Below, piece after piece: positions 1 through 13,874 of a DNA stretch of 64,000 nucleotides (position 1 is the stretch's first letter; each line of letters starts with the position of its first letter). The notes beneath the pieces are model-generated. The model was not told the origin of the DNA. It made no database searches and saw only the letters and a program-made list of their open reading frames with translations. The DNA comes from the human T2T-CHM13v2.0 reference genome, Homo sapiens, in NCBI RefSeq assembly GCF_009914755.1, contig NC_060926.1; one strand, 5' to 3'. A program made the position numbers and the translations under genes.

Positions 1-2431
1 CAGACAGGCAGCGGCCGTGCGGATGAAGGACGGGTGTTCGCAGGTGGCACACATATTTTTTGTTCTCCTTAAATAATCATGACGTCCTCATTCTCCATGG
101 AACCGCCCTTACCCTCCTCCTCTCTTCCTTTGCGGTCACTGCCGCTGTCCTGTGGGCAGTGCCGCCTCCACAGTAGTCAGTGCAGAGCAGGCCTGGATGC
201 GGCAGTGCTTCAGAGGCCGGAGGACACCGCGGAGCCGCAGGCGCCCACAGGGCCACCCAGCAGCTCCCCCGCTGCCCCACCTCGGGCAGGCAACGGATTC
301 CCCAATCCCTGCAGATAGAGACAGGGGCATCCCTGATCTCACGCAGGCACAGTGGGGAGTAAAGGGCAGTGCATAAGAAGCCCGGGGCTCCGAGCCTGGC
401 ACAGGACGCACGTTCCCACGTAGGTGGCTGCTTCCTCGCTTCTGCCACTGCAGCCTTGGCACACAGGGCTCTGGCCACGTGACCACCCAGGCTGCTATTC
501 TCACTTGCCAAACACAGCCCGCCCTCATCCATCTCAGAGCCATGCTGGCTTCCTGGAGGTCCTGCCATGCTGACTTAGCATGTCCCCTGTCCCTTACTAC
601 CCTCATCCTTCCCCACAGTCAGACTCACCCTCAGATGCCCCAACTCTAGAAAGCCCACTGTTCCTCATTCCCTCCTCCTGGGACCCCAGTCAGCTCACTC
701 AAGGGAGGCCTGGAAACAATGCTACCTCACTGTCCCTTAGCAAGGACTCCAGGCAACCTCTGTATTTACTGCAGTTGTTTACACCCTGCCTCATTCCAAG
801 AGCAGTGTAGCTGGCAAAGGACACGCACAGAAAGGCTGATGCCACGGAGACAGATATGGATGAGCACAGCCACGGAAAGGCCTGAGGCTGCTCAGGATGA
901 GCGGGAACTGTCACTTACCTTGAGCATCCAGGGCACAGGTGCCGTGCTGGACCCCCACAGGGTGCACAGGCACTGAGAAGGGCTCAAAAGAACTGCCTCT
1001 GCCTGCAACACAGCTGAGGAGACCGACATAGCCATGTGTGAAACCCTGGGTGTCACGCGTTTCGCACTAGGGAAACACCACCCCTGCAGCTGGGGCAGAG
1101 ACCCCTGGCAGCCAGCCCTGGAGGAGGCGTGGGCTCAGGGAGCAGCCGGAGATGGATGGGGAGGGGCCGGGACGAGGAGGCCGCGTGGCTAGCATGGCGA
1201 ACATGGGCGGCTGGGCACCAGGCTCACCCACACATGGGGAATCCACGTGTCCTTTACCCACCTGGAACCTGTTTGCTCAGTTGATACATAAGATCGACTC
1301 TGTAGCAGCACTTGGTGAATTTAAAAAATTAATTGTAAAGGAATTTATACCTTATTGCAAAGACAACTGTTTATTTACTAGAAATTAGGCACTGAGATTC
1401 ATATCTTGATGGATTATAAAGCCCCTCCTGCCCCTGCCCATATTTCCAGTGTTGTTCCACCAAGTCTCTCCCATGAGAGGGAAGCTTCTTTGAGCCAATG
1501 TGGACCAGTCACGAAAAAGTGGGGGGACCAAGCATGAAGACCATGTTGTCACCAAGAGGCATTGTCCTGAGCCAGGTGGGGCCGGACCTTCCCCAGCCCC
1601 TGCCCCTGCTAGGAAAAGTGCTGCGACTCCATGGAAACCTTCTCCTGGGGTGGGAGCCAGAGGGAGACGCACCCAGTCTGCAGGGTCAGGCCCCCGTGGG
1701 CATGCCCAGTCCCTCAGGGTGTCTACCCATAGCCAGCATGTGGTCTTTCCAGAGATGCCTGACCTGGGCACACCTGGGCTTGGGGGAACCCTGACCCCTG
1801 ACAGCCTGGGCGATGCCCCAGCAGCTGAGATGACAGCACACAGAGCCTTTTCTGCAAAAGAACTTGGGGCTCGAGTGTACTCAAGGTGCTGACTCCTGGA
1901 CGTTCCTGCCAAGGGGGTCCTGGAGATGGCTCGAGTGGCCAAGAGCTCAGGGCCAGCTGTCTACTCAAGGCACAGGCCCCAGAAGGTTGCCTGGGACAGT
2001 TTCCCGCAGACCTGGCCATTGCCATCTTAGTGACTGGGCAAGGACTTCGGAGATGTTTTTATTCAAATATTAGGTTGTCCAAGTAAAACAAATCTGCATT
2101 TCTTTTCTCTGAGGGATCCAGTGAGGTGGTTTCACTTTGACTTTTATTAAGCGATCTGTAAACATGAGTTTGGCTGATTTAGCTGACCTGCAGGAAAACA
2201 TTCCTCACCACTTCCAACCCTCCCACTCCCTCCCAGCAATATGCTACAAAACGCTCAAAAACAGGTCCACTTAAACCTCACAAAATCAGATCAGTGTCGG
2301 GGCCTGGAGGGGAGTAGGGACAATGTGTGTGAAAGTGAAAAGCCATAGTTGGAAACTCTTCTCAAAGGACTATAATTTTAGTATTTTCAAGGGCAGACTA
2401 CGATCCATAAGGACTAATGTGAGAACGTCCT

Positions 2432-2735
2432 GACCGGGTGCAGTGGCTCATGCTTGTAACCCCAGTGATTTGGGAGGCCAAGGTGGGAAGATGGCTTGAG
2501 CCAGGAGTTCAAAACCAGCCTGGGCAACATAGCGAGACTCCATCTCTACAAGAAAAAATTAAATAAAAATTTTAAATATTAGCTGGGCATGGTGGTGCGC
2601 GCCTGTAGTCCCAGCTACTTGGGAGGCTGAGGCAGGAGGATCAATTGAGTCCAGGAATTTGAGGCTGCAGTGAGTGATGACCATACAACTGCATTTTAGC
2701 CTGGGTGGCAGAACAAGACCCTCACTCTAAAAAGA
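2432..2735 (+). mobile_element. Alu (AluJ-like), full length
   Basis: Dimeric Alu sequence (gaccgggtgcagtggctcatgc...gaggctgcagtgag...cactctaaaaag). ggcttgag and gaggctgcagtgag are old-subfamily features. Confidence 0.93.
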
Positions 2736-2773
2736 TTTTTCTTTCTTTTTTTTTTTTTTGAAAAAAGAGCATC

Positions 2774-5700
2774 GTGGATCATCGTGGCAGATGGGAGTCA
2801 GGACTAGATTGCAGCTCCGACTCAGATGGATTGAGCAGTGTGTGGAGGCTCACATCATTAAGTTTAGATCCAGAACAAACCAGGAATCCCAAGAGGACCC
2901 ACCGACCCTCTGAAGGAAGCAGACAGCTGCAGGACCTGGGAGACACCCCAAATACTGTGAGTGCCCCAACAGTGGAAATGGGAAAGGAAGATCCTCCGCC
3001 CCCGAGCACACACCCCCACTGGGGAAACTGAAGGTCTAGTTTTCGAGAGAAGTTTCCAACCTTACCTGGAGTTGAGTCAATTTAGAGAGCAGAGCGAAAT
3101 ACAGGGGTAGAGGAAGCAGCGGGAAAGGCCCTGGGAGCTCGCTGGGTCCCCAAGCAGCCCATTCCTGCGTGGCAACACAAGGATCTTTTGGCAGGGTGAC
3201 CGGAGGTGCAGGGCGGGGGAAATGCAACAGGGAGAAGGAATTCTCCAGCCGAACTTTGTAACAATTTGAACCAGGCGAGAAGCCTCCTGGCCAGAACTCA
3301 GGGGAGGGTGAGATCTGGTGTATAGACTCCACAGGCGGGGGAAGAATGAAAGCCCTAATTGCTTTTGCAGCTAGAGGGTAGTGGGTAGCCTGGGGCGAGT
3401 TCTCAGCCCTGCTCGCCCACTGCCTGGAAACAGACTCGGTGCTGTTAGTGGGGCCACAGTGGGAGTGAGACCAGCCCTTCAGACTGCATGGGAGTTGGAT
3501 GAGGCCTGTAACTGCTGGCTCTCTCCTACTTCCCTGACAACCTCCATGACTCAGCAGAGGCAGCCATAATCCTCCTAGATTCACCACTCCATTGACCTGG
3601 GAACCTCACCCCCATCCCCCACAGCAACCACAGCAAGACCCAACCAAGGAGAGTCTGAGCTCAGACATGCCTAGCCCTGCCCCCACCTGATGGGCCTTCC
3701 CTATCCACTCTGGTACCTGAAGACAAAGAGCATATACTCTTGGGAGTTCTGGGGCCCTGCCCACCACCTGTTCCTCCCCATACTACCACAGCTGATGCTC
3801 TCTGGAAAGCACCACCTCCCATCAGGAGGCCAACCAGCACAAAAATAGAACATTAAACCACCAAAGCTAAGAACCCTCACAGAGCCCTTTTCACCCCCCT
3901 GCCACCTCCACCAGAACAGGTGCTGGTATCCACGGCTGAGAGACCCACAGATGGTTCACATCACAGGACACTGTGCAGACAACCCCCACTGCCAGCTTGA
4001 AGCCGGGTAGATGTGCTGGGTGGTTAGACCCAGAAGAGAGTTAATAATCACAGCTTTCCACATCCATAGGAAAAGGCGGAGAGTACTAACTACATCAAAG
4101 AAACACCCCATGGGACAAAAGAATCTGAATAACAGCCTTGAGCCCTAGATCTTCCCTCTGATAGAGACTACCCAAATGAGAAGGAACCAGAAAACCAGCT
4201 CTGGTAATATGACAAAACAAGGCTCTTTAACACCCCCCCAAAAATCACACTAACTCACCAGCAATGGATCCAAACCAAGAAGAAATCCCTGATTCACCTG
4301 AAAAAGAATTCAGGAGGTTAGTTATTCAGCTAATCAGAGAGGGACCAGAGAAAGGCGAAGTCCAATGCAAGGAAATCCAAAAAATGATACAAGAAGTGAA
4401 GTCCATAGTCACCAAAACAGCATGGTACTGGTGTAAAGTAGGCACACAGACCAAAGGAACAGAATAGAGAATCCAGAAATAAACCCAAATACTTAACAGC
4501 CAACTGATCTTCGACAAAGCAATCAAAAACACAAAGTGGGGAAAGGACACCCTTTTCAACAAATGGTTCTGGGATAATTGACAAACCACATGTAGGAGAA
4601 TGAAACTGGATCCTCATCTCTCATCTTATACAAAAATCAACTCAAGATGGATTAAAGAATTAAACCTAAGACCAGAAACTATAAGGACTCTAGAAGATAA
4701 CATTGGAAAAACTCTTCTAGACATTGGCTTGGGCAAGGATTTCATGACCAAGAACCAAAGGGCAAATGCAAAAAAAAACAAAGACAAATAGCTGGGGCCT
4801 AATTAAACTAAAGAGCTTTTGCACAGCAAAAGGAACAGTCAGCAGAGTAAACAGACAACCCACAGAGTGGGAGAAAATCTTCACAATCTATACATCTGAC
4901 AAAGGACTAATATCCAGAATCTACAACGAACTCAAACAAATCAGTAAGAAAAAACAAACAATCCCATCAGAAAGTGGGCTAAGAACATGAATAGACACTT
5001 CTGAAAAGAAGATATACAAATGGCCAACAAACATGAAAAAATGGTCAGCATCACTATTTATCAGGGAAATGCAAATCAAAACCACAATGCAATACCACCT
5101 TACTCCTGCAAGAATGGCTATAATCAAAAAATTAAAAAAAAAACGGTAGATGTTGGCGTGGATGTGGTGAACAGGGAACACTTCTACACTGCTGGTGGGA
5201 ATGTAAACTAGTACAGCCACTATGGAAAACACTGTGGAGATTCCTTAAAGAGCTAAAAGTAGAACTGCCATTTGATCCAGCAATCCCACTACTGGGTGTC
5301 TACCCAGAGGAAAATAAGTCACACGAAAAAGATACTTGCACACGCATGTTTACAGCAGCACAATTCACAAGTGCAAAATAGTGGAACCAACCCAAATGCC
5401 CATCAATCAACAACTGGGTAAAGAAATTGTTTATATATATATATATATGATGGAATACTACTCAGCCATAAAAAGGAATTAACGGCATTTGCAGCGACCT
5501 GGATGAGATTGGAGACTATTATTCTAAGTGAAGTAACTCAAGAATGGAAAACCAAACATCACGCTCTCACTGATATGTGGGAGCTGAGCTAGGAGGATGC
5601 AAAGGCATAAGAATGATGCAATGGACTTTGGGGACTTGCAGGGAAGGGTGGGAGGGGGCGAGCGATAAAATGCTACAATTAGGGTGCAGGGTATACTGCT

Positions 5701-5810
5701 CGGGTGATGTGTGCACCCAAAGCTCACAAATCATCACTAAAGAACTTACTCATGTAACCAAATACCACCTGTACCCCAATAACCTATGGAAAAAAAAATA
5801 AATAAATAAA
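2774..5810 (+). mobile_element. LINE-1 (L1PB-like) with 5'UTR, start of ORF1, large internal deletion, 3' part of ORF2, 3'UTR and A-tail
   Basis: ORF1-like start at 4176 and peptide MDPNQEEIPDSPEKEFRRL. ORF2 C-terminal peptides [27 protein letters not shown] and [11 protein letters not shown]1PB-type 3' end (gtaaccaaataccacctgtaccccaataacctatgg) followed by an A-rich tail. Confidence 0.9.
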
Positions 5811-6574
5811 GAATATCCTAAGGCCAGGTGTATGGAGACCTACTGTAACAGACGACCATGGCATGGGAGCTGCATATCAATTATTAATAACTGAGTGTCC
5901 CTAGAGTACTCAGGAAAAACTTCATGTTCTCCTGAGTAACCTAATTTCTAATGTGTATTTAGTAAACCTTTAAATATTTTAAATTCTAAAATGAAAGTAA
6001 TAAATGCATAGGTTTAACATTTGAAAGAGTGCAGGAGGGCTGATGAGAGAGACAGAGAGAGAGACAGGGAGAAATGGAGGAAAGGAAAAAGGGCGATGCT
6101 GGGCGGCCCCCAAACAGCCCTACCACCTCCAGCCCTGCTCCTCAGGGGTAACCGCTTTTAATGGTTCTGATTCCATTTCTTCTCTGGTTACTTCCCAGAT
6201 CTTTCTGATTTCTTGATCAGCTTATTTTCCTATTATGATCAATAAGAATTTAGCTGTCTTTACTATTGTTACAGCCTCCCAATAGTTACATCAATATTGA
6301 CAGATGTACCTTCCATTATCTAACTGCAGCAGTAAGCAATACACGTGACACTCCCCGCTAATGACAGAAGGCACCCCTGATCCCTGAGACTAGGTATTGG
6401 CACCGCCAGCCTTCCCCCCTGCCCTGCCCTCACCGGCTTCCTCTTCCTGCTTTTGACGGTGGCGCCCTGCCTTATTAAGCTTCCTGACACGTGCACTGTA
6501 TTTTTACTCATGGGTAAGTCTCTGTGCTTTGTCTGTAGAGTCCAAAAAGTTGAAAACCAATTAACCTGAATTAT

Positions 6575-6910
6575 TAATAGTTAGCATAGCTAACTCCTCT
6601 AATAGATAAACCTCCAAATATAAAATGGCATAAACACCATCATTTGTTTCTTGCTGATGTACGTGTTCCTGAAGATAAGTGGGTCCATGGAGTGGCATCT
6701 CCTCCTCAGCCACTCAGGGACCCAGGTGACCCAGGCTCTGACATCTTGAGCGTGAGACTCCACGGTCATCCAGTTTCAGCCGTGGGAAGGGAAACTGGCC
6801 AAAGGAGCACGATGTGGGTGTTTTTAATGGGCCAGGCCCGGGTACACTGGCATCATTTCCACTCACAGGCATCCAACAGCACCTTGTCACATGGCACACC
6901 TAGACGCACG
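6575..6910. mobile_element. Degenerate MLT1-type (MaLR) LTR fragment
   Basis: Motifs cactcagggacccagg...catctt and catcatttccactcac...gtcacatggcacacct resemble recalled old MLT1 consensus and the similar block at 12905-13290. Confidence 0.5.
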
Positions 6911-7959
6911 GAAGATGCACCTAGAGCTACTTTGCAGCAGGCTGGCTGGGCCCCATTCCCGGCTGCCTTAGGTGATTTGCATGGTTCACTGCAGAGCCCA
7001 GCACCGCTGCAGGGTTGCACCCCTCCCTCTACGTCCAATGACTCAAAGCATAAGCCACGCCTAGGAAAATGTTCCTGGTGTCAAACGCAAATGACTTTTC
7101 CTTTCCTAGACTTTACCAATTATTCAAAACCATCATTGTTTTTATTGTTCCATACTGGGGCCCTATCTTTATTATGTGGTTGTTTTTCTAGAATTTCTAA
7201 TTGCCTTTTCCTTGTTGAGAAAGAAGAAATATTAATGCTATTCACCATTGTCCCAATTATACATTTGAGCTTCTTATGCATTTCATGGATTGCTTAGAAT
7301 CAGTTCTGTTTTTTTTTGCAGTTGTCATTTTCATTAAGTTAGATTCACTCTGGTCCAGTTTGGACCCACTGCTCCACATTTAGGCCATCTCTGCTTCTCT
7401 GCTTGCCCTGGCTGGGTCGAGTGGACATTTGTCACTATTATTATTCTGCTTCTTTCTAATGGCTTTTTTTTCCTTCAACCTCTACTTTTATCTTGTCCTT
7501 GCATTTCCCACCCATCCCGTCTCCCCACTTAATCTACTGAGAATGCCCTTCCCCAGGAACACCTGTTCTGAGACCATCCGGTCGTACACTCCTGCATAGA
7601 GGGGCCACCCTGGGACCTCTGGTCCCTCATTGCAGCCTCAGACCCTGGACAGTCACTTCCTCTGCTCCTATTCAGTGCCCTATTTCAAGTGCTCAAATAA
7701 CTCATTAAGAAATGATGCTTGGTTAAAACTGTTCCAATATTGGCTAAGCTAAATGATAGCACTAGTGGTGAGCATCACAGTCACCCCTGGAGACCATGGC
7801 AGGCGGGGCTTGGGGGGGCTGCCAGTGGGCGCTGTGGTGTTCCATCTCTTTATGTGGACACCAGCCTGCAGAGTTCGATTCACTTTGCCCACTTCTCTGC
7901 GTGTATGTTGCACTAGAGCAAAAAAAAGTTTATTAAAAACAGAAAGGATCTTGGGACCC

Positions 7960-8720
7960 TTAGAACTCACCGCATGTCTGAAAATCATACTTGTTTGATA
8001 GATGTCTAGATGTGGAACTTAGGTGGAAACTTTGTCAGCACTCGAAAAAACATCACCCTGCTGCCTTCTGGAAAAATGTCACCCTGCCGCCTTCTGGAAT
8101 GCTACTATGCTATGTTGCTGTTGGAGATCTAATGCCGGTCTGATTTTTATTTCTTTGTAGCTGAATTATTTTTTCTTTAGGTAATACTTTAGTCTCTCTT
8201 TAAACCAGGTGTTCTGAATTTTTACAATGACATGTGAAGATATCTTTTAAAATTCATCTTACTTAGCAGTTCACAACTTTCTCAATATGAACATTTGAGT
8301 CTCCCTGACAATTTGGGGACCTTTTCTGGTGCTATTTACTTGAAAATTGCCTCTACTCCATTTTCTCTGTTTTCTTTTCCTAAAACTTCTATTGGCTGAA
8401 TGTGGTCTGTCCTAGAAGGATCCTTCATGCCTCATTACCCCTTCACTTCTTTCGTTTTACTTTTTAGAAAATTTCCCCTTTTCTTTTGATTAAAAAAAAT
8501 TCAGAAGTTACCACATTCCAGGTTTCCAAGAGCTTTTATGAGGCACAATTGCTGTTTTCTTAAAGTACATGTTCATGTTTTATGGCTGCATTATATCCTT
8601 AAATCTCTCTGAGAATTCTAATTATTGGGAGGATTTTGTTTCTAAATTGCTTCTTCATAGGCTATTTTTATTCTCTTTGATTATTTTAGATTATCTTAAA
8701 TATTTCCAGTCACATTTAAG
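7960..8720 (-). mobile_element. Old L1M fragment (antisense)
   Basis: T-rich strand with phrases typical of antisense L1 ORF1 (ctgccttctgg, gttgctgttggagatctaatg, gttctgaatttttacaatgacatg). Confidence 0.5.
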
Positions 8721-10011
8721 AATGAGGCTTACTTGAGTTTTGTAGATTGTCATTGGACAAATTTTGCTTTGGGGGAGTGAGCCAGAGGCCCAAAATGTCG
8801 TAATTTGAAGATCTTTATTCTAAGTCACCAACACTGCAAAAGCCCTGGATCTACTCTAGATGTACAGCCCTTTCAGAATCTTTGAAGAAGAGTGATTTGG
8901 GCCAGTCAGTGGGCACTGGCGCCGTCAGATTGCAGGGTAAGCGTGACCAGAGTTGACCATCCCCAGTACCTTCCATTAACCCACAGAATCACGGCCACCA
9001 CCCACACCAGGAGCAGCTCCCTCCATCCCCACGGCCCTCCCCCAACACATATGCACCCCCATCCACCCCGGATCACAACTCTATATCAGCAAGGAGGCTT
9101 CCTCCATCCATCCGCGCACCATCGTCAAGAAATTCACTTAAAGCTCCTTCTCTGATGACTCCTCTCCAACCAGCTTTTGCCTGTTTCATCGTTTCACTGC
9201 CATGTCTTAAAGGGACCTGAGGAGGGAGAGGAAATAAACACCATGCTCAGTCATCTTGAATCAGAATCCAGCCAAGTCTGTCGAACAGAGGACTGGTGCC
9301 AGGTGCTTTGGCCTTGGGCTAAGGGGCTGTTCAGGAAGAGGTGGGCGAGGTCAGTGCACCCCCAGCGGCTCCTCCGAGGCTACAGTGGCTGTCTGGGCTT
9401 TGGGGACTTGAGAGACGTGGAGCCGATGCCGGAGGGGAGGGTCTGGTCAGTGGGGTCCTTTAGTTTAGGGAAAGGAAGGAGCAGAACTGAGCACAGTGGT
9501 TTGCTTCTGAACTGTTTTCTCTTCATGACATTAGGTTTTTGTTGTATATTTTTATTTAGAAAATTACATCACACAGTAATCCCCATCTGTGAAAGTTTCT
9601 CAGCTTTTTAGACCCCTTCCCCATCACGATGCTCTGCACCTCAACATGGGACTCACATATTGTCTGTTGCCTGTCTACAGGAGGATCCGTGGCTCGCCTG
9701 GTCACAAGCATGTTGAGATGAATCCAGCCTGGTGCCACCTACAGCCGTGAAGGCCCGCGGTCTGACCCTATAATGTGCTGCCTTCCTGAGACGGCTGCAC
9801 TTCTGCAAAGCCCTCGTGCCCTCATGTCCTAGCCATGAAATCATGCAGACTTTCGATCACAGGCCTTAGCAGTGAGAAACAGAAAAGTCTTTTGGTTTCT
9901 GTCAATTGCAGGGCGAAAAACTTGTTGAACTCTGCTAACAATATATGAAGCATGGTGAAGGCACCTCCATAAAGTCTCGTTTACTCCTACTCAGTAAAGA
10001 AAGGGGAGCTA

Positions 10012-10460
<449 letters not shown>

Positions 10461-10479
10461 TCACAGCTGAATCCAAATG

Positions 10480-10995
10480 CCATGAAGACATCACACTAAC
10501 AACACATTACACCATGTTAACACCATGCAAACACCATGCAGACACCACACTAAATCACACTACACCATGCTAACATCACACTGACACCATGCTGACACCA
10601 AGCTAACATCACACTGACACCATGCTGACACCACACAAACACCATGGAGACACCATGCAGACACCACACTAATACCACATCACACCATGCTAACAGCATG
10701 CAAACACCATGGAGACACCATGCAGACACCACACTAATACCACATCACACCATGCAAACACCATGGAGACACCATGCAGACACCACACTAAATCACACTA
10801 TACCATGCTAACATCACGCTGACACCATGCAGACACCACACTAATACCATGCTGCATCATGCTAACATCATGACCACACTACACCATGCTAACACCATGC
10901 TATCACCACTCTATTGCCATGCTAACATCATGGAGACACCATGTGGACACCACACTAGCAGCAGGCTAATACCACACTAACACTATGCCAACACC
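10480..10995. repeat. Degenerate (ACACCATGC)-type low-complexity tandem repeat
   Basis: Repeated acaccatgc, acaccacac and taacatcac units visible directly. Confidence 0.85.
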
Positions 10996-11699
10996 AGCTA
11001 GCACCAACTACAGGCACCCAGCCAGGTGCAGAAGTTAGGGAGTCTACTGCAGATGAAAAGGCCCCCCGAAAGCCTTTATGATGTGGATATGCTGACACTC
11101 CGCGCCTATTCTGGTGTGAACAGATCTGAGGTTTATTGATCTAAATCAACGTGGGCTGAGGAACAGCACAGTAACTGATGTGATCAAACGAGCTTCTCAT
11201 ACATGGCCCAGAAACTCTCTGTCACGGCGTGAGGCAACCAGACACTAAGTCCTAGAGAGACTCTAAAATGTCTCCCTAGTAACATGAAAATACTTCTGCC
11301 AGCTCTTCAGCTAACCATCAGTATAATTCAACAAAAGTAGCCCAGTTACAGATGTAAGAACTGGGCACCTCAACATACTTTATTTTTAAAATGTACTAAC
11401 AGACACACCTTCATCTGTTTCACATTCTAATACACAAATACTCCAGTGGAGAGTGGCAGCCACCATTGTCACCTCGCCTGCTCCAGACTCTTCCAGCGCT
11501 GTTGGCCCAATTGGATGTCCCCAGCGTGTCCTCTATCTGATAAGTGCTTCCTTAGCACTTCTTCGATTTGGCACAGAATTCCCACATTCCATGTCAACGA
11601 GGAGCTGAAGGGTCATTCAACAAAGATTTATGGAGGCCTCACCACGCACCAGCAACATACATCCACGGGACCGTTCTGTGTCTTGATAATAGGGGAGCC

Positions 11700-11940
11700 G
11701 CCCATGAGATAAAATTGCACACGACCAAATGCATCCAAACACACTACTCAGCAGAACCAGGGAAGTCTGAAAGATCACTGGTCCGCACCAATGTCAATAT
11801 CCCAGGTATGAGATTAGACTGTAGTTTTACAAGATGCTATTGTCAAGAGAAGCTGGGTAGAGAGTGCACAGGCCCTTTCTATATTATTTCTTACAACCAC
11901 ATGTGAATCTACAATTATGTCAAAGTAAAAACGTTTAAAA
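11700..11940 (+). mobile_element. Old L1M (L1MC/MD-like) 3' end fragment
   Basis: tgtagttttacaagatgctattg...ttatttcttacaaccacatgtgaatctacaattat resembles the recalled L1MC/MD 3'UTR. Confidence 0.6.
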
Positions 11941-12904
11941 GGGAGAAGGGGACAGACGTCTTTGCCGCGGTAGGACTGGCTGGGCCTGGGGCTGGGAATG
12001 AAGAATGAACTCCCCAGGGCACTGGTGGCCAGCCAGGACTGAGAACCGTCATCCACAGCACTGACCCCCCGACCCCCCACAGCCATGTCTGTCTCCTCTC
12101 CTCCCGTGGTGGGGGCTGAGAGGCAGCAGCTTCCCGGGAATGCCTTGAGTAAAGCAAGCACGGTGCCCCTCAGCTGTTTCTAACTCACTCGGGTGAATGA
12201 CTCCCTTCATCTACACCACCTGGCTTCTTAAAGGAGCTTCCAAACATTTTAACCATCACACAAATCAAAACGCAGGCAGAGCAGTCTCCTCCACAGTGAC
12301 CCTCCTTGCTTAATTAAACCACATCTAACAAGTGATCTGGACAGGCGGTGCTGTGCTGCTTCCCCGAACGTGTGCCACGAAATCCCATCAACAGAGCAAG
12401 TTCGCGCGAAGCAGACTCACTCCTCAGGCTCCTGGGGCTGGATCCTTCAGCTGCCAAAGCACACAGTGCCTGCGAGCCATGCCACCCAAGGGAATGGCAA
12501 CAGTCAGAGGGAAGGCGGCACCCTGAAGGCGGGCACAGGGCACTTAAAATTATCCACAGATCTCAATTGCAAAAGCGATCCTTATGTTCTGTCAAAGTTA
12601 AGAGATGATTCATAATTTGTATCTGTGTACTTGGCAGAGTGGTGGCCAAAATTATGATAATGATACCTTGGCTTTATAGCCTCTCTTTCCTCCAAAGGGT
12701 CTGAAGTCTTCCAGATTGCTTCAATTTATCTTTTGACATTGCTGTGGAAAGCAAGAAGTAATATTGGTGGGTCAGACTAATATACCCCCATTTGATAGGG
12801 GGTTTAAGCAAAATTAGAGCCAGAAAATGACTCATCAGAAGATTGACATTTCACTCAGCAGTCCGACCAGGGAGAGATTCAAATTGCCCATCAAAGATTG
12901 TATT

Positions 12905-13290
12905 TGTTAGGGTAATCAACTCTAGCTACCATAACAAACATATCAGTGACTCAACCCAATGAGAACCCACTAGCTGCTCGTGTTACAGTCTGATGTGGGC
13001 CAGGCAGCCATAATGGGGCTGTCTCCTCCATGCAGTGACTCAGGGGGCCAGGGCTTCTCTGGCATGTGGGTCTCTAGAGCATCCATTGAGCTCTGTTGGC
13101 TGCATCCTGCTGGCCAGGGAGCACAGACCACAGCAGGAAGGTTGCACAGGGTCCTCAGGCAGGGCCTGAAAGGGCTGCAACTCATTGCTATGCTCACTTC
13201 TGGCCAGAACGCAATCACATGGCCGTGACTGACTGCAAAACAGGCTTGGAAATGTGGAATGTGCAAGAATAAACACTGGGAGTCTCTTGA
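12905..13290. mobile_element. Degenerate MLT1-type LTR
   Basis: ctagctaccataacaaaca...gtgactcaac...cagtgactcaggg...ggccagaacgcaatcacatggcc resembles old MLT1 consensus. Confidence 0.55.
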
Positions 13291-13399
13291 CCGAGACAGC
13301 ACATCTACGATCATGCCTCCATATTTGGAGTACCAACTCCATCAACCTTCCCCAGGAGGAATGCCAAAGGAGAAGAATACATTTAAAATACATCATGCT

Positions 13400-13874
13400 G
13401 GCTGGGCAAGGTGGCTTATGCCTCTAGTCCCAGCACTTTGGGAGGCCAAGGATCACTTAAGCCCAGGAGTTTGAGATCAGCCTAGGAAACATGGTGAAAT
13501 CCCATCTCAACAACAACCACAACAACAAAAACACAAAAATTAGCCAGCCACAGTGGCTCACACCTCTAATTTTCACACTTTGGGAGGCTGAGGAGGGAGG
13601 ATCACTTAAGCCCAGGGGTTCAAGAGCAGCCTGGGCAACATGGCAAAACCTCATCGCTACCAAAAAATACAAGACTTAGTCAGGCGTGGTGATGTGCACC
13701 TGTAATCCCAGCTATCTGATGGCTGAGGTGAGAGGACTGAGCCTGGGAGTTCGAGGCTGCAATGAGCTGTAATCACTCCACTGCACTCCACCCTGAGTGA
13801 CAGAGAGAGATCCTGTCTCAAAAAAAAAAAAAAAAAAAAACAATTAAATAAAATAAAAAAATAAAAACAAATAC
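13400..13874 (+). mobile_element. AluJ-like element with three arms (left-left-right)
   Basis: Two consecutive left monomers (13400-~13545 and ~13545-13675), then one right monomer and A-tail. TSD aatacatcatgc (13387-13398) / aatacctcatgc (13875-13886). Confidence 0.85.

Noticed and set aside
77-606. 150-160 aa ORFs in the mildly CpG-rich start of the window
   Set aside because: No recognisable domain or splice structure, and the lengths are expected in GC-rich sequence.
4264-5232. L1-derived ORFs as functional genes
   Set aside because: Frameshifted and stop-interrupted ORF2 remnants; EN and RT domains are deleted.
10480-10995. Array of Kozak-like ACCATG motifs
   Set aside because: Simple by-product of the degenerate repeat unit, with no evidence of transcription.
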